64,000 nucleotides of DNA from Myxococcales bacterium (GTDB taxonomy: Bacteria > Myxococcota_A > Polyangia > Polyangiales > Houyiibacteriaceae). The DNA is taken from NCBI GenBank assembly GCA_024640845.1, contig JAHEEE010000003.1:26257-90256 (forward strand). Direction: 5' to 3'. Position numbers and translations under genes: made by a program. Under the pieces are notes generated by a model, which was not told where the DNA came from, did not search any database, and saw nothing but the letters and a program-made list of their open reading frames with translations. Below, one piece after another: positions 30,853 to 40,860 of this stretch. The number at the start of each line of letters is the position of its first letter. The stretch's first letter is position 1.

Positions 30853-31811
30853 TCGTCCTCATGCCATTCGTACGCGGCCGTTGTTCCCGCCGGAACGACG
30901 ACGGACTCTCGTCGCTCCTTTTTGGCGGGCGTCGCGTCCTCGAAGTTGATCGCCTCGTCGGAGACATCGGCGGTGACCCGTTTGACGTCCGTTGGAACCA
31001 CGGGCTCTCCGGCGGCATCGAGGAGGCTGTACTCGAGATAGATCGGCTCCTCGTGGTCGGTCTGGTAGATGCTCGCCAGTCGCATCTTGGCCATTTCGAG
31101 CAGTGCGAGAAACGTGACCACGAGATCGTAAGACGTCGTCACGCCTTCGAAGAGCTCGTCGAACCGGCAGCGTCGCCGCTCGCGGAGCGTGTCGACCAGT
31201 GCGCCGATGCGGTCCTGGATCGTCATGCGCTCGGCATCGACCTCGAGTGCGATATCCGCGTTGACGCGTTCCGCGATCTTCTTGAGGGCGTCGAGCAGCT
31301 TGAAGACGCTCACCTCCTTGAGAGGCGGCGGCCCGCCTGCCGATGGCGGCGGCGTCCCCCTCGAAAACACATCTCGACCGGCGATCGCCCGCTCGCCCAG
31401 ATCTGCGGCGACCGTCTTGTACTTCTGGTACTCGAGCAGGCGGCGGATCAACTCGGCCCGCGGATCGAGCTCGTCGAGCTCCTCGTCGTCTTGATCCTCT
31501 GGGGGCCGCGGCAGGAGCATCTTGCTCTTGATGTGGGCCAGCGTGGCCGCCATCACCAGGTATTCCGAGGCGATATCGAGGTTCAGCCCTTGCAGCAACC
31601 CGAGGTATTCCAGGTACTTATCGGTGATGAAAGCGATCGGCAGGTCGAGGATGTCGAGCTCGTGCTTCCGGATCAGATGCAAGAGGAGATCGAGCGGCCC
31701 CTCGAAGTTGGGCAGCTCGATCCGGAAGTTGGGGTCCAGAGCCTCCGGGCCATCGGGCACCGGCATGGGGCTGGGCTCGCTCATCGCAGGGGAACCATGC
31801 GCCGGGGTCAT
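30849..31811 (-). CDS. scpA: segregation and condensation protein A
   Basis: Contains FEGPLDLLLHLIRKHELDILDLPIAFITDKYLEYL. The start is ATG 31811, or TTG 31823 (a TTGA overlap with bcp). Confidence 0.9.
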   Translation of the reverse strand: MTPAHGSPAMSEPSPMPVPDGPEALDPNFRIELPNFEGPLDLLLHLIRKHELDILDLPIAFITDKYLEYLGLLQGLNLDIASEYLVMAATLAHIKSKMLLPRPPEDQDDEELDELDPRAELIRRLLEYQKYKTVAADLGERAIAGRDVFSRGTPPPSAGGPPPLKEVSVFKLLDALKKIAERVNADIALEVDAERMTIQDRIGALVDTLRERRRCRFDELFEGVTTSYDLVVTFLALLEMAKMRLASIYQTDHEEPIYLEYSLLDAAGEPVVPTDVKRVTADVSDEAINFEDATPAKKERRESVVVPAGTTAAYEWHEDE

Positions 31812-31819
31812 CCCCAGTG

Positions 31820-32290
31820 TCAATCGCTACGGGCTTCGTTGAGGGCTTCGATCACTTCATCGACGTGGCCGTTTACCTTCACCTTGGGCCAGTGCTTGAT
31901 GACTTTGGCGTCGGGTCCGATCAGCACCGTCGAGCGGATGATGCCCATGGACTTCTTGCCGTACATGTTCTTCTCGCCCCAAGCGGCGTACTTCTCGAGC
32001 ATCTTCCCGTCGGGGTCGCTCAGGAGTGGGAACTTGAGCGCGTATTTGTCAGCGAACTTACAATGCGACTCGATCGAGTCCTTGCTGACGCCAACGACCA
32101 CCGCGTCGTGGGCCTTGATCTTGCGAAGCGCCTTGTTGAAGTCGTTCGCCTCCGTGGTGCACCCGGGGGTGTTGTCGCGTGGGTAGAAGTAGACGATCAC
32201 GTACTTGCCCGCGAGGTCTTTCAGCGCCAGCTTGCCACCTGTGGACGAGGGGAGATTGAATGCGGGAGCCTTGCGGCCTTCTTGGATCAT
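31820..32290 (-). CDS. bcp: thioredoxin-dependent peroxiredoxin Bcp
   Basis: Contains FYPRDNTPGCTTEA with the peroxidatic Cys. 156 aa. Confidence 0.93.
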   Translation of the reverse strand: MIQEGRKAPAFNLPSSTGGKLALKDLAGKYVIVYFYPRDNTPGCTTEANDFNKALRKIKAHDAVVVGVSKDSIESHCKFADKYALKFPLLSDPDGKMLEKYAAWGEKNMYGKKSMGIIRSTVLIGPDAKVIKHWPKVKVNGHVDEVIEALNEARSD

Positions 32291-32383
32291 GAGGACCGCT
32301 CTATTGCCGGTTTGTGCCCGCTGTCAACGGCTCACGGCCCGCACGAACTTGGATTCTCCGCCAGACCTCCTCAAGATCGGGCC

Positions 32384-33061
32384 ATGAGCACCCGCACCCT
32401 CATCGTCGGAGACATCCACGGGTGCCGCGAAGAGCTCGAGGATCTGCTCGAAGAATCGGGCTGGGAAGATGGCGATCAACTCGTTTCGGTCGGAGATTTA
32501 GTTGCTAAGGGTCCGGATTCGCTTGGTGTTATTCGGCTGTTCCGCGAGGTCGGCGGGTCGGCGGTGCGCGGCAATCACGATCAGCACTGCCTGAGTTGGT
32601 GGGACGCGCAGCAGGCAGGAGAGCCGCTACCCAAGCTACGGCCGGCTCACCAGAAGGTGGTGGACGAGCTCGATGAAGCGGATTGGCGATGGCTCGCCGG
32701 TCGACCGCTGTGGATCGAGCTCGAGCAGCATGACGCGCTGGTCGTGCACGCCGGTCTGTTGCCGGACCTCCCGCTGGACGATCAGGATCCTTATGACCTG
32801 ATGAACATGCGGAGCATCCTCGACGACGGCACCGGATCGCGCAGCTATGAGGATGGGACCCCGTGGGCGGCGCTATGGCCTGGTCCCCGACTCGTCGTGT
32901 TTGGTCACGACGCGGTGCGAGGCCTTCAGACGCGGCCTCACGCCATTGGCCTCGATACCGGATGCGTGTACGGTGGGTGGCTCACCGGGGTCTGGTTGCC
33001 CGAGCGCGACTTGGTCTCGGTTCCGGCGAGGGCGATCTATACGCGGCCGGGTAAGGATTGA
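32384..33061 (+). CDS. metallophosphoesterase (ApaH/PrpE-like diadenosine tetraphosphatase family)
   Basis: ATG 32384 lies in the frame of track ORF 31817..33061. Motifs GDIHGC, GDLVAKGPDS and GNHD. Confidence 0.85.
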   Translation: MSTRTLIVGDIHGCREELEDLLEESGWEDGDQLVSVGDLVAKGPDSLGVIRLFREVGGSAVRGNHDQHCLSWWDAQQAGEPLPKLRPAHQKVVDELDEADWRWLAGRPLWIELEQHDALVVHAGLLPDLPLDDQDPYDLMNMRSILDDGTGSRSYEDGTPWAALWPGPRLVVFGHDAVRGLQTRPHAIGLDTGCVYGGWLTGVWLPERDLVSVPARAIYTRPGKD

Positions 33062-33408
33062 GCCCGGTGGAGGTCTGGGTTTGCCGCGAAGAGGAGCTCG
33101 ATCCCGGAACCGTGCGCACGGCGCGCCTCGGTCACGATGCCGACGGCCTACCGATTCAGGCGCTGCTCATGCGCGATGATCAGGGTGCAGTGGTGGCTTA
33201 TCGAAACCTCTGCCGGCATCTACCCGTCCCCCTCGACGGCGGCACGGGTGAGCTCTTGAGCGACGACCGGGCGCACCTGGTCTGTGGGACCCATGGTGCC
33301 ACCTACCGGGTGCGCGACGGCTATTGCGTGGAGGGTCCGTGTGAAGGAATGAGGCTGCAACGCTTGACCGTTCGCCTCGCCGCGGGCGACCTCTACGTGT
33401 CGCTCTGA
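33058..33408 (+). CDS. Rieske (2Fe-2S) domain protein
   Basis: CRH...(19 aa)...CGTHG ligand pattern. TTGA overlap with the upstream gene, with an alternative GTG start at 33067. Confidence 0.8.
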   Translation: MSPVEVWVCREEELDPGTVRTARLGHDADGLPIQALLMRDDQGAVVAYRNLCRHLPVPLDGGTGELLSDDRAHLVCGTHGATYRVRDGYCVEGPCEGMRLQRLTVRLAAGDLYVSL

Positions 33409-33490
33409 GCCGAGCCTTACTTTCTGACGACTGCGGCGGACTCCTATGGTGAGCTTCAGACCGGCGTCGTGTCCGCTGGCGGCGTGGTCG

Positions 33491-34366
33491 TCAGCCCGTC
33501 TTTTCTTGGCGAGCGGTCCACGCGGCGGGAGCGGAGAGCGGTCCGACCTCGGCCCATGGCTTGTCTTCGCTGTTCTGGACGACGTTCTTCCGAGTCGTGA
33601 GCACTTCGCAACCTTCGCGGGTGACTAAGACCGTGTGCTCGAATTGCGCCGAGAGTGAGCGGTCCGCCGTCAGCACGGTCCATTCGTCGTCCATGACCTC
33701 GGTTTGGTAACCGCCGAGGTTGATCATGGGCTCGATGGTGAAGACCATCCCAGCCTTCATCCGCTTGTCCTTCCCGCGACGGCCGAAATGGGGGATCTGC
33801 GGCGGCATGTGGAACTCCCGGCCGACACCGTGGCCGACATAGTCGCGCACGACGGAGCACCCTCGCCCTTCGGCGTATTCTTGAATGGCAGCGCCGATGT
33901 CACCGATGCGCTTGCCATGCTTCACTTCCCCGAGGCCGAGCTCGAGGCAGCGGCGTGCCGTCTCGACGACATGGATCGTTTCTTCGCTCGGCTCGCCGAT
34001 GTAAAAGGTCACGCTCGTGTCGCCGTGGTAGCCGTGCTCCTTTGGAAGGTAGGTGGTCACGTCGACGTTCACGATGTCGCCGTCTTGCAGCAGGTATGGC
34101 CCGGGGATGCCGTGGCAGACGCAATCGTTCACGCTGGTGCAGACGCTCTTTGGGAAAGGAGGCCGCCCCCCGCCGCCGCCGTACTGAAGTGGGGATGGAT
34201 GGGCGTCGTGCGAGACGATGTACTCGTGCACGAACGAATCGATTTCATCGGTCCGGAGCCCCGGTCGGATCATCTCACCGACCGCGTTCAGGCAGTCTGC
34301 GGCCAGTTGGCAGGAACGGCGCATGTCTTGGAGCATGCGCGGGGTCATGAGCTCGATAGCGGACAA
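33491..34366 (-). CDS. map: type I methionine aminopeptidase
   Basis: Motifs DIVNVDV, HGYHGD, GHGVGREFH, FTIEPM and AQFEHT. The start is uncertain. TTG 34366 has GAGG 10 nt upstream and gives MSAIELMTP, which resembles the E. coli N-terminus as I recall it. Alternatives are ATG 34348 and TTG 34414. Confidence 0.9.
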   Translation of the reverse strand: MSAIELMTPRMLQDMRRSCQLAADCLNAVGEMIRPGLRTDEIDSFVHEYIVSHDAHPSPLQYGGGGGRPPFPKSVCTSVNDCVCHGIPGPYLLQDGDIVNVDVTTYLPKEHGYHGDTSVTFYIGEPSEETIHVVETARRCLELGLGEVKHGKRIGDIGAAIQEYAEGRGCSVVRDYVGHGVGREFHMPPQIPHFGRRGKDKRMKAGMVFTIEPMINLGGYQTEVMDDEWTVLTADRSLSAQFEHTVLVTREGCEVLTTRKNVVQNSEDKPWAEVGPLSAPAAWTARQEKTG

Positions 34367-34505
34367 AGCGGAAACCTCAGGCGGTGGCCTAACGCTTGTA
34401 AGACGGCCCCGCAAATTGTCGAGCGACCGGCCGACGGGCGGGTTTGACCCGTCGCTCCGATGGCACTAAGTAGCCGCCCCGAGAGGGTTTAGAGGGCTTT
34501 TTCCC

Positions 34506-34739
34506 ATGTCAGACACCTACAACAACGTCCCGATGAGCGACGCAATGGCGGCCAAGGTCGATAAGGAAGGCAGCTTCTGGACTGGACCCAAGCTCATCGT
34601 GTTGAGCTTCGTGACCTTGGCGGTGGCGTTCGGCCTGCTCTGGTCGATGGCGCAAGGCATCATCGGTCCGACCCGGCATGGCTCCGTAGAGGGAGGCGAA
34701 GTGCACTTCCTGCAGCCGGGCGGCGGTCCGATCGACTGA
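34506..34739 (+). CDS. small membrane protein (77 aa), hypothetical
   Basis: High GC3, one TM helix (LIVLSFVTLAVAFGLLWSMA), and an AGAGGG upstream of the ATG. Confidence 0.6.
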   Translation: MSDTYNNVPMSDAMAAKVDKEGSFWTGPKLIVLSFVTLAVAFGLLWSMAQGIIGPTRHGSVEGGEVHFLQPGGGPID

Positions 34740-34740
34740 G

Positions 34741-34920
34741 TCAGAAGTCGAAGTCCAGCTCTTTCGGCTCGTCGTTCTTGAGCGAGTCGTCCTCACCGGG
34801 ATCGAAGGCGGCTTCGGAATACAGATCGTCGAGCGACCAGCCGGCCTTGTGATGGCGTCGCAGCTCCTCGCGCTCGAACTCGGCCATGGTGTGATAGCTC
34901 TTTGGTCCCTTAGGGCGCAT
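34741..34920 (-). CDS. small acidic hypothetical protein (59 aa), not in the ORF track
   Basis: My own translation is MRPKGPKSYHTMAEFEREELRRHHKAGWSLDDLYSEAAFDPGEDDSLKNDEPKELDFDF. GGGAGGGG lies directly upstream of the ATG (plus 34923-34930). About 80% GC3 by hand count. Confidence 0.55.
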   Translation of the reverse strand: MRPKGPKSYHTMAEFEREELRRHHKAGWSLDDLYSEAAFDPGEDDSLKNDEPKELDFDF

Positions 34921-35071
34921 GTCCCCTCCCTTTTGCCGCTCTTCATCGTAGAGACGGGTGTGTCGGTTGACTACTTTATCCTACACTGCAGCACACCCTA
35001 CCCACGCGGATCGAGATGGCAAAAAAACAGACGAGATTGAAACCCTGCACCGGCGCTGGTAGACGCAGACC

Positions 35072-35842
35072 ATGAGTCGGGTGGTGGCGATCGCCAATCA
35101 AAAGGGCGGCGTGGGGAAGACGACGACGGCCGTCAATCTAGGCGCCAGCCTCGCCGTCGCCGAGCAGCGCGTGTTACTGGTCGACCTCGACCCACAGGGC
35201 AACGCGTCCACCGGCGTCGGCGTGAGCCCCGGCGACGAAGAGGTCCAAGGCTCCTACGAGCTATTGCTCGGCGAGGTCGAAGCAGCCGACGTCATCTACG
35301 AAACCGACATGCCGTACATGCACGTCATCGCGGCAACTCAGGATCTCGTCGGTGCCGAACGGGATCTATTGCAAGCCGACGACAGCGCCACCCGCTTGCG
35401 TGATGCGCTCGAGGGCGTGCGCGACGACTACGACTTCATCGTCGTCGACTGCCCCCCTTCGCTTGGCATGTTGACGATCAATGCGCTCACTGCGGCCGAC
35501 ATGGTGATCGTGCCGCTTCAATGCGAGTACTATGCGCTCGAAGGGCTGTCGCAGTTGGTCGGGACGATCGAGCGCGTGCGCGCATCAGTCAACGAACACC
35601 TGGAGATTCACGGCGTGCTGCTCACGATGTTCGACTCGCGCAACAACCTCGCCAACGAGGTCGCCGACGAGGTGCGTCGCCACTTTCGGGTCTACGAAAC
35701 GATCATCCCGCGCAATGTGCGGCTCGCCGAAGCACCGTCACACGGGAAGCCCGTCATCCTATATGATGCGTCGTCTCGCGGGTCCTACACGTACTTGAAT
35801 TTGGCGCGCGAGCTTCTCGATGATCTGGAGGTAGCGGCGTAG
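35072..35842 (+). CDS. parA: chromosome partitioning ATPase ParA/Soj
   Basis: Deviant Walker A KGGVGKTTT. 256 aa, directly upstream of parB. Confidence 0.95.
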   Translation: MSRVVAIANQKGGVGKTTTAVNLGASLAVAEQRVLLVDLDPQGNASTGVGVSPGDEEVQGSYELLLGEVEAADVIYETDMPYMHVIAATQDLVGAERDLLQADDSATRLRDALEGVRDDYDFIVVDCPPSLGMLTINALTAADMVIVPLQCEYYALEGLSQLVGTIERVRASVNEHLEIHGVLLTMFDSRNNLANEVADEVRRHFRVYETIIPRNVRLAEAPSHGKPVILYDASSRGSYTYLNLARELLDDLEVAA

Positions 35843-36690
35843 TGGCTCGCCGGCGCTTGGGGCGTGGTTTGGACGGGTTGCTTCCGGCAGCGCCGCCGCC
35901 TTCCGAACGCCCTTCGAAGAACAGTGCTGGGATCGAGGAGCTTCATCCCGGTCGCATGCAGCCGCGCGTGCGCATGGACGCGGAAGCGTTGGCCGAGCTC
36001 GCCGCATCGGTTCGCGAGCATGGGGTGCTCGAGCCCATTCTCGTCCGGAAGCGGTCGTCCGGAGGCTTCGAGATCATCGCTGGCGAGCGACGGTGGCGCG
36101 CCGCCCAGCAGGCGGGGCTCAAGGACGTTCCGATCTTCGTGCACGACCTCGACGACGAAAAGGCTTTCGAAGCTGCACTGGTCGAGAACCTGCAGCGTGA
36201 GGATTTGAATCCGATGGAAACGGCCCGAGCCTTTCAGCGCCTCGTCGACGACTATGGCTACACGCAAGAGACGATCGCTACGAAGGTCGGAAAAGAGCGT
36301 TCGACCGTGGCTAACGCGTTGCGTCTGCTGAAGCTTCCCGAAGACGTCTCTGACCTGATTGAGGCTGGCCAGCTGAGCGAAGGACACGGGCGCGCCCTGC
36401 TTTCCGCTCCGAGTGTCGCGACAATGAAGAAGCTCGCCCGCTCCACCGTGAGTAAAGGCTGGAGCGTCCGCGAAGTCGAGCGTCAGTCTCGCCGCGCCGC
36501 GCGCGGGGACGCGGCACCCAAGAAGAACGCGTCTTCGAAGAGCGCCAACGTGCGCGACCTCGAGCAGCGCCTCTCGCGCGCCCTGGGCTCGACGACGACG
36601 ATCCAAGAGAGCGGCAAGGAACGCGGCCAGATTCGAATCAACTACTCGAGCTTCGACGAGTTGGATCGGTTGATTGAGAAGCTGACGTAG
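35842..36690 (+). CDS. parB: chromosome partitioning protein ParB/Spo0J
   Basis: The protein starts RGLDGLL, and has the ParB box IIAGERRWRAAQ and an HTH region. The GTG start overlaps the parA stop by 1 nt. Confidence 0.95.
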   Translation: MARRRLGRGLDGLLPAAPPPSERPSKNSAGIEELHPGRMQPRVRMDAEALAELAASVREHGVLEPILVRKRSSGGFEIIAGERRWRAAQQAGLKDVPIFVHDLDDEKAFEAALVENLQREDLNPMETARAFQRLVDDYGYTQETIATKVGKERSTVANALRLLKLPEDVSDLIEAGQLSEGHGRALLSAPSVATMKKLARSTVSKGWSVREVERQSRRAARGDAAPKKNASSKSANVRDLEQRLSRALGSTTTIQESGKERGQIRINYSSFDELDRLIEKLT

Positions 36691-36708
36691 GGTTGCTGCC
36701 GTGAGTGC

Positions 36709-37560
36709 TCAGAGGATGCGGGCTTCGGCTGCGTCCACGGTGTTGCTCAAGAGCATTGCAATCGTCATCGGGCCCACGCCGCCAGGGACGGGGGTGATGT
36801 AGGACGCGTGCTCTGAGGCGCCCTCGAAGTCGACATCACCGGTGAGGGTTCCGTCGTCGAGGCGGTTGATGCCCACGTCGATGACGACTGCGCCATCTTT
36901 GATCCAGTCGCCCTTCACCAGATTCGGACGCCCCACGGCGGCAATCACGACGTCTGACTCACGTACGCGATCCGCGAGGTCGACGGTGCGCGAATGGGCG
37001 ATGGTCACCGTGGCGTGTTTCTCGAGAAGCATCATCGCGATGGGTTTGCCGACCAGCGTGCTTCGGCCGAGCACCAGCGCGCGCTTTCCTTTTGGGTCGC
37101 AGCCGATGCGCTCGAGCATGCGCATACAACCGCTTGGCGTGCATGGTCGGAGCCCCTTGCGACCGACCGACAGCAGGCCCGCGTTGAAGGGATGAAGGCC
37201 GTCGACGTCCTTGGCAGGGTCGATCGCATCGACGATCGTCTGATCGTGCAGATGATCGGGGAGCGGAAGCTGAACGAGAATGCCGTCAATGTCGTCATCT
37301 CCGTTGAGCTCGAAGATCAAGGCGAGGAGATCGGCTTCGGACGTCTCGGCCGGCAAGCGATGGACCCGTCCGCGGATCCCGGCTTTTTCCGCCGCGCGCT
37401 CTTTGTTGCGGACGTAGACATGCGAGGCGGGGTCGTCTCCGACCAGCACGACGTCCAAACCGGGGGCCCGGTTGTGCGTCGCCCGGAACGCCTCCGCTCG
37501 CGCCTTCACCTCGGCCCTCACCTCTTTGGCAAGTGCCTTCCCATCGATCAACTCGGCCAT
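36709..37560 (-). CDS. folD: bifunctional methylenetetrahydrofolate dehydrogenase/cyclohydrolase
   Basis: The protein starts [15 protein letters not shown] and contains PGGVGPMT. 283 aa. Confidence 0.95.
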   Translation of the reverse strand: MAELIDGKALAKEVRAEVKARAEAFRATHNRAPGLDVVLVGDDPASHVYVRNKERAAEKAGIRGRVHRLPAETSEADLLALIFELNGDDDIDGILVQLPLPDHLHDQTIVDAIDPAKDVDGLHPFNAGLLSVGRKGLRPCTPSGCMRMLERIGCDPKGKRALVLGRSTLVGKPIAMMLLEKHATVTIAHSRTVDLADRVRESDVVIAAVGRPNLVKGDWIKDGAVVIDVGINRLDDGTLTGDVDFEGASEHASYITPVPGGVGPMTIAMLLSNTVDAAEARIL

Positions 37561-37646
37561 GGGCGGGGTCTAACAGGAGCGCCGGACGTTCTCAAACCAG
37601 CGGGTCCCAGTGGAAATCGCAGCCTGTCGTGGTATGCCGCGGGGCC

Positions 37647-40600
37647 ATGTTCGACCCCGTCTCGCCGCAGGTAGCGTTCCCCGAGATCGACGCGACCCAG
37701 CTCGTGTTCTGGCAGAAGTCCCGGATTTTCGAGAAGACCCTGGAAGACGGTCGGGAAAAGAAGTCCTTTGTTTTCTACGAGGGGCCTCCCACTGCCAACG
37801 GGATGCCACATCCCGGGCACGTCCTCACCCGCGTCATGAAGGACGTCTTCCTTCGGTACCGAACCATGTGCGGCTACTACGTCCCCCGTCGTGCGGGGTG
37901 GGACACGCACGGGTTGCCGGTCGAGGTCGAGGTCGAGAAAGAGCTAGGCATCAGCGGACGGGAGGCGATTGAGGAGTACGGCGTCGAGGCGTTCAGTCGC
38001 AAGTGCATCGACTCGGTGTTCAAGTACATCGGCGAGTGGCGCAAGATGACGGAACGGATCGGCTTCTGGGTCGACTTCGATTCCGCATACGTGACCTTCC
38101 ACAAGTCGTACGTAGAGAGCGTCTGGTGGGCGCTCTCCGAGATGTTCAAACAGGGGCTGCTCTATCAAGGCTACAAGGTCGTCTGGTGGTGGCCGCAGGG
38201 CGGCACAGCGCTCTCGGCCGGCGAGGTCGGTCAGGGCTACAAGACCATCGACGACCCCTCGGTGATGATTCGCTTCCCGGTCGAGGTCGAGGCAAACACT
38301 TCCTTGCTCGCATGGACCACCACGCCTTGGACTCTTCCTTCGAACATCGCGTTGGCGGTCGACGCGAAGGTCGACTACGCGACTGTCGAGCTCGATGACG
38401 GCGAGCGCTTGATCCTGGCGGCTGCCCTGGTGGACAAGGTGCTCGGTGAAGGCGCCAAGGTGGTCGCGACGCGCAAGGGCGCAGAGCTCGTCGGGATGCG
38501 CTACGAACCGCCTTTCCGATACGCTGAGCCCGAGGGTGGCCCGGCCTGGCAGGTGGTCGATGCGGATTTCGTCTCGCTCGATAGCGGCTCGGGCCTCGTC
38601 CATCTGGCACCGGCATTCGGCGAGGACGACTTCCGGGTCTGTAAGGAAAAACGCATGGGCTTTTTGCAGCTGCTGAAGCCCGACGGCACCTTTCCCGACG
38701 AGGTGACGGATTTCGCCGGTCGCTTCTGCAAAGAGGCGGACCGCGACATCATCCGGAACCTCAACGCTCGAGGCGTGCTGTTCAAAGAAGAGGTGTACCG
38801 GCACGATTACCCCTTCTGCTGGCGCGCGATGGACGATCCGTTGATCCAGTATGCCCGGCGGTCATGGTTCATCCGCACCACCCAAGAGATCGCACGCGTC
38901 AAAGAGAACAACCAAGACGTCCATTGGGAGCCCGAGCACATCAAGAATGGACGCATGGGCCAGTTTCTCGAGGGGAATGTCGACTGGGCCTTGTCGCGCG
39001 AGCGCTTCTGGGGCACGCCGCTCCCGATTTGGAGGAACGACGAGACCGGCGCCGTCGAGTCGGTCGCCTCGGCCGCCGAAATTTTGGAGCGCAATCCCGC
39101 TGCCTTTGCGCACTTCGAGCAAGCCAAGGCTGCCGATCCGACACTTCAGGATCACCTGATGGTGCACAAGCCTTGGATCGATGAGGTCACTTGGACCAAG
39201 GATGGTGAGCCTGGGGTGTACCGTCGCGTGCCCGAGGTGATCGATTGCTGGTTCGACTCCGGTTGCATGCCGTTCGCGCAGTGGGGCTTCCCCCACCAAA
39301 ACGCCGAGGGCTTCGAGCAGAGCTTCCCTGCCGACTTCATCACCGAGGCGGTCGATCAAACGCGTGGTTGGTTCTATTCCCTCATGACGATTAGCTCGCT
39401 CATGTTTCCGGAGCGCCCCCTTCCCCACCCGTTCAAGAACTGTGTCGTGCTCGGCTTGATGACGGACGAAAAGGGCAAGAAGCTCAGCAAGCGAGACAAG
39501 AACTACACCGACCCGCTCGTGCTGATGGAACGGGTTGGCGCCGACGCCGTGCGATGGGCGCTTTATGCGGGCACCGTCCCCGGCCAAAACACGCGCTTCT
39601 TCGACGACGCAGCCACCGATGCGGTCCGAGAGTTCCTTCTGAAGATCTGGAACGTCTACAGCTTCTTCGTCACCTACGCGAACATCGACGGATGGGGCCC
39701 AAGCGCTGAACGACCTCCTCTCGTAGAACGCCGGGACACAGACCGATGGGTGCTTGCGGAGTTGGATGCGACCGTGCGCGCGGTGCGCGAGGAGCTGGAC
39801 GACTACAAGAGCCACATGGCGGTGCGCCACCTGCTCGGCTTCGTCGACGGGCTCTCGAACTGGTACGTACGAAGAAGCAGATCTCGCTTCTGGGCCGCCG
39901 ACGACTCGGCCGACAAGCACGCCGCGTTCAGCACGCTCTACGAGGTCCTTGTGGATCTCACCAAGATGGCCGCACCGTTCATTCCTTTCATGACCGAGAC
40001 GCTGTTCCAAAACCTCGTTCGCAAGCACGACCGCTCGGCGCCGGAGTCCGTCCATTTGTCGGCCTTTCCGGAGCCGGACGAGGCACGGGTCGATGACGAG
40101 CTCCGCCGCACGATGGAGCGGGTCCGCAACGTGGTCACACTCGGGCAGCGCGTGCGCAACGAGAACAAGCTCAAGGTGCGACAGCCGCTCGCCGAGGCGA
40201 TCGTGGTCGTGGCGGACGACGCCGAGCGCCAGGCGATCGATCGGTTCTCGACCGCGATTCGAGAAGAGCTCAACGTGCGGCAGCTCGGGTTCACCCAGGA
40301 GCCGCACAAGTACGTCGAGTTCCAGCTCCTACCGAACTTCCGCGTCCTCGGCCCGAAGCTCGGCAAGCAGGTTCCGGCCTGTAAGAAGGCGCTCGCGGAG
40401 GCCGATGGATCGGCGCTCTATGTCGAGATGGAGAATGCCGGAAAGATCGTCGTCCAGTTGCCGGACGGCCCGGTCGACCTCAGCGCAGACGAGGTCGAAG
40501 TGCGTCTCAGCGCTCGTGAGGATTTCGCGGCGGCCTCGGGCGCTGGACAGGTGGTCGTACTCGATACCAGGCTCGACGGCAGCCTGAGGCGGGAGGGTCT

Positions 40601-40844
40601 GGCGCGCGAGGTGATCAACCGGATTCAGCGCGCGCGAAAAGCGATGGACCTCGCATACGAGGCCCGCATCGAGGTGAGTTGGACCGCCGAGGGTGAGCTG
40701 GCGACTGCGATCGAGGAACATGCAGACCGGATTGCCGGTGAGACGTTGGCCACGGGGTTCGCGCGCGGTGACGCCGCTTCGAGTGAGCATGATACCGAGA
40801 TCGAGGGCCAGGCACTGGGGCTCGTGATCAAGTCTGCGCGCTGA
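37647..40844 (+). CDS. ileS: isoleucine--tRNA ligase
   Basis: ATG 37647 is in-frame within track ORF 37533..40844. HIGH motif PHPGHVL and KMSKS variant KLSKR. About 1065 aa. Confidence 0.96.
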   Translation: MFDPVSPQVAFPEIDATQLVFWQKSRIFEKTLEDGREKKSFVFYEGPPTANGMPHPGHVLTRVMKDVFLRYRTMCGYYVPRRAGWDTHGLPVEVEVEKELGISGREAIEEYGVEAFSRKCIDSVFKYIGEWRKMTERIGFWVDFDSAYVTFHKSYVESVWWALSEMFKQGLLYQGYKVVWWWPQGGTALSAGEVGQGYKTIDDPSVMIRFPVEVEANTSLLAWTTTPWTLPSNIALAVDAKVDYATVELDDGERLILAAALVDKVLGEGAKVVATRKGAELVGMRYEPPFRYAEPEGGPAWQVVDADFVSLDSGSGLVHLAPAFGEDDFRVCKEKRMGFLQLLKPDGTFPDEVTDFAGRFCKEADRDIIRNLNARGVLFKEEVYRHDYPFCWRAMDDPLIQYARRSWFIRTTQEIARVKENNQDVHWEPEHIKNGRMGQFLEGNVDWALSRERFWGTPLPIWRNDETGAVESVASAAEILERNPAAFAHFEQAKAADPTLQDHLMVHKPWIDEVTWTKDGEPGVYRRVPEVIDCWFDSGCMPFAQWGFPHQNAEGFEQSFPADFITEAVDQTRGWFYSLMTISSLMFPERPLPHPFKNCVVLGLMTDEKGKKLSKRDKNYTDPLVLMERVGADAVRWALYAGTVPGQNTRFFDDAATDAVREFLLKIWNVYSFFVTYANIDGWGPSAERPPLVERRDTDRWVLAELDATVRAVREELDDYKSHMAVRHLLGFVDGLSNWYVRRSRSRFWAADDSADKHAAFSTLYEVLVDLTKMAAPFIPFMTETLFQNLVRKHDRSAPESVHLSAFPEPDEARVDDELRRTMERVRNVVTLGQRVRNENKLKVRQPLAEAIVVVADDAERQAIDRFSTAIREELNVRQLGFTQEPHKYVEFQLLPNFRVLGPKLGKQVPACKKALAEADGSALYVEMENAGKIVVQLPDGPVDLSADEVEVRLSAREDFAAASGAGQVVVLDTRLDGSLRREGLAREVINRIQRARKAMDLAYEARIEVSWTAEGELATAIEEHADRIAGETLATGFARGDAASSEHDTEIEGQALGLVIKSAR

Positions 40845-40860
40845 GCACGGCGCGTTACGC

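Noticed and set aside
34921-35071. parS centromere sites (TGTTNCACGTGAAACA) near parAB. A GTTTCACG half-site is present at 29549-29556.
   Set aside because: I found no full palindromic parS in the parA upstream region or elsewhere in the window. The half-site at 29549 is part of the glyQ leader helix.
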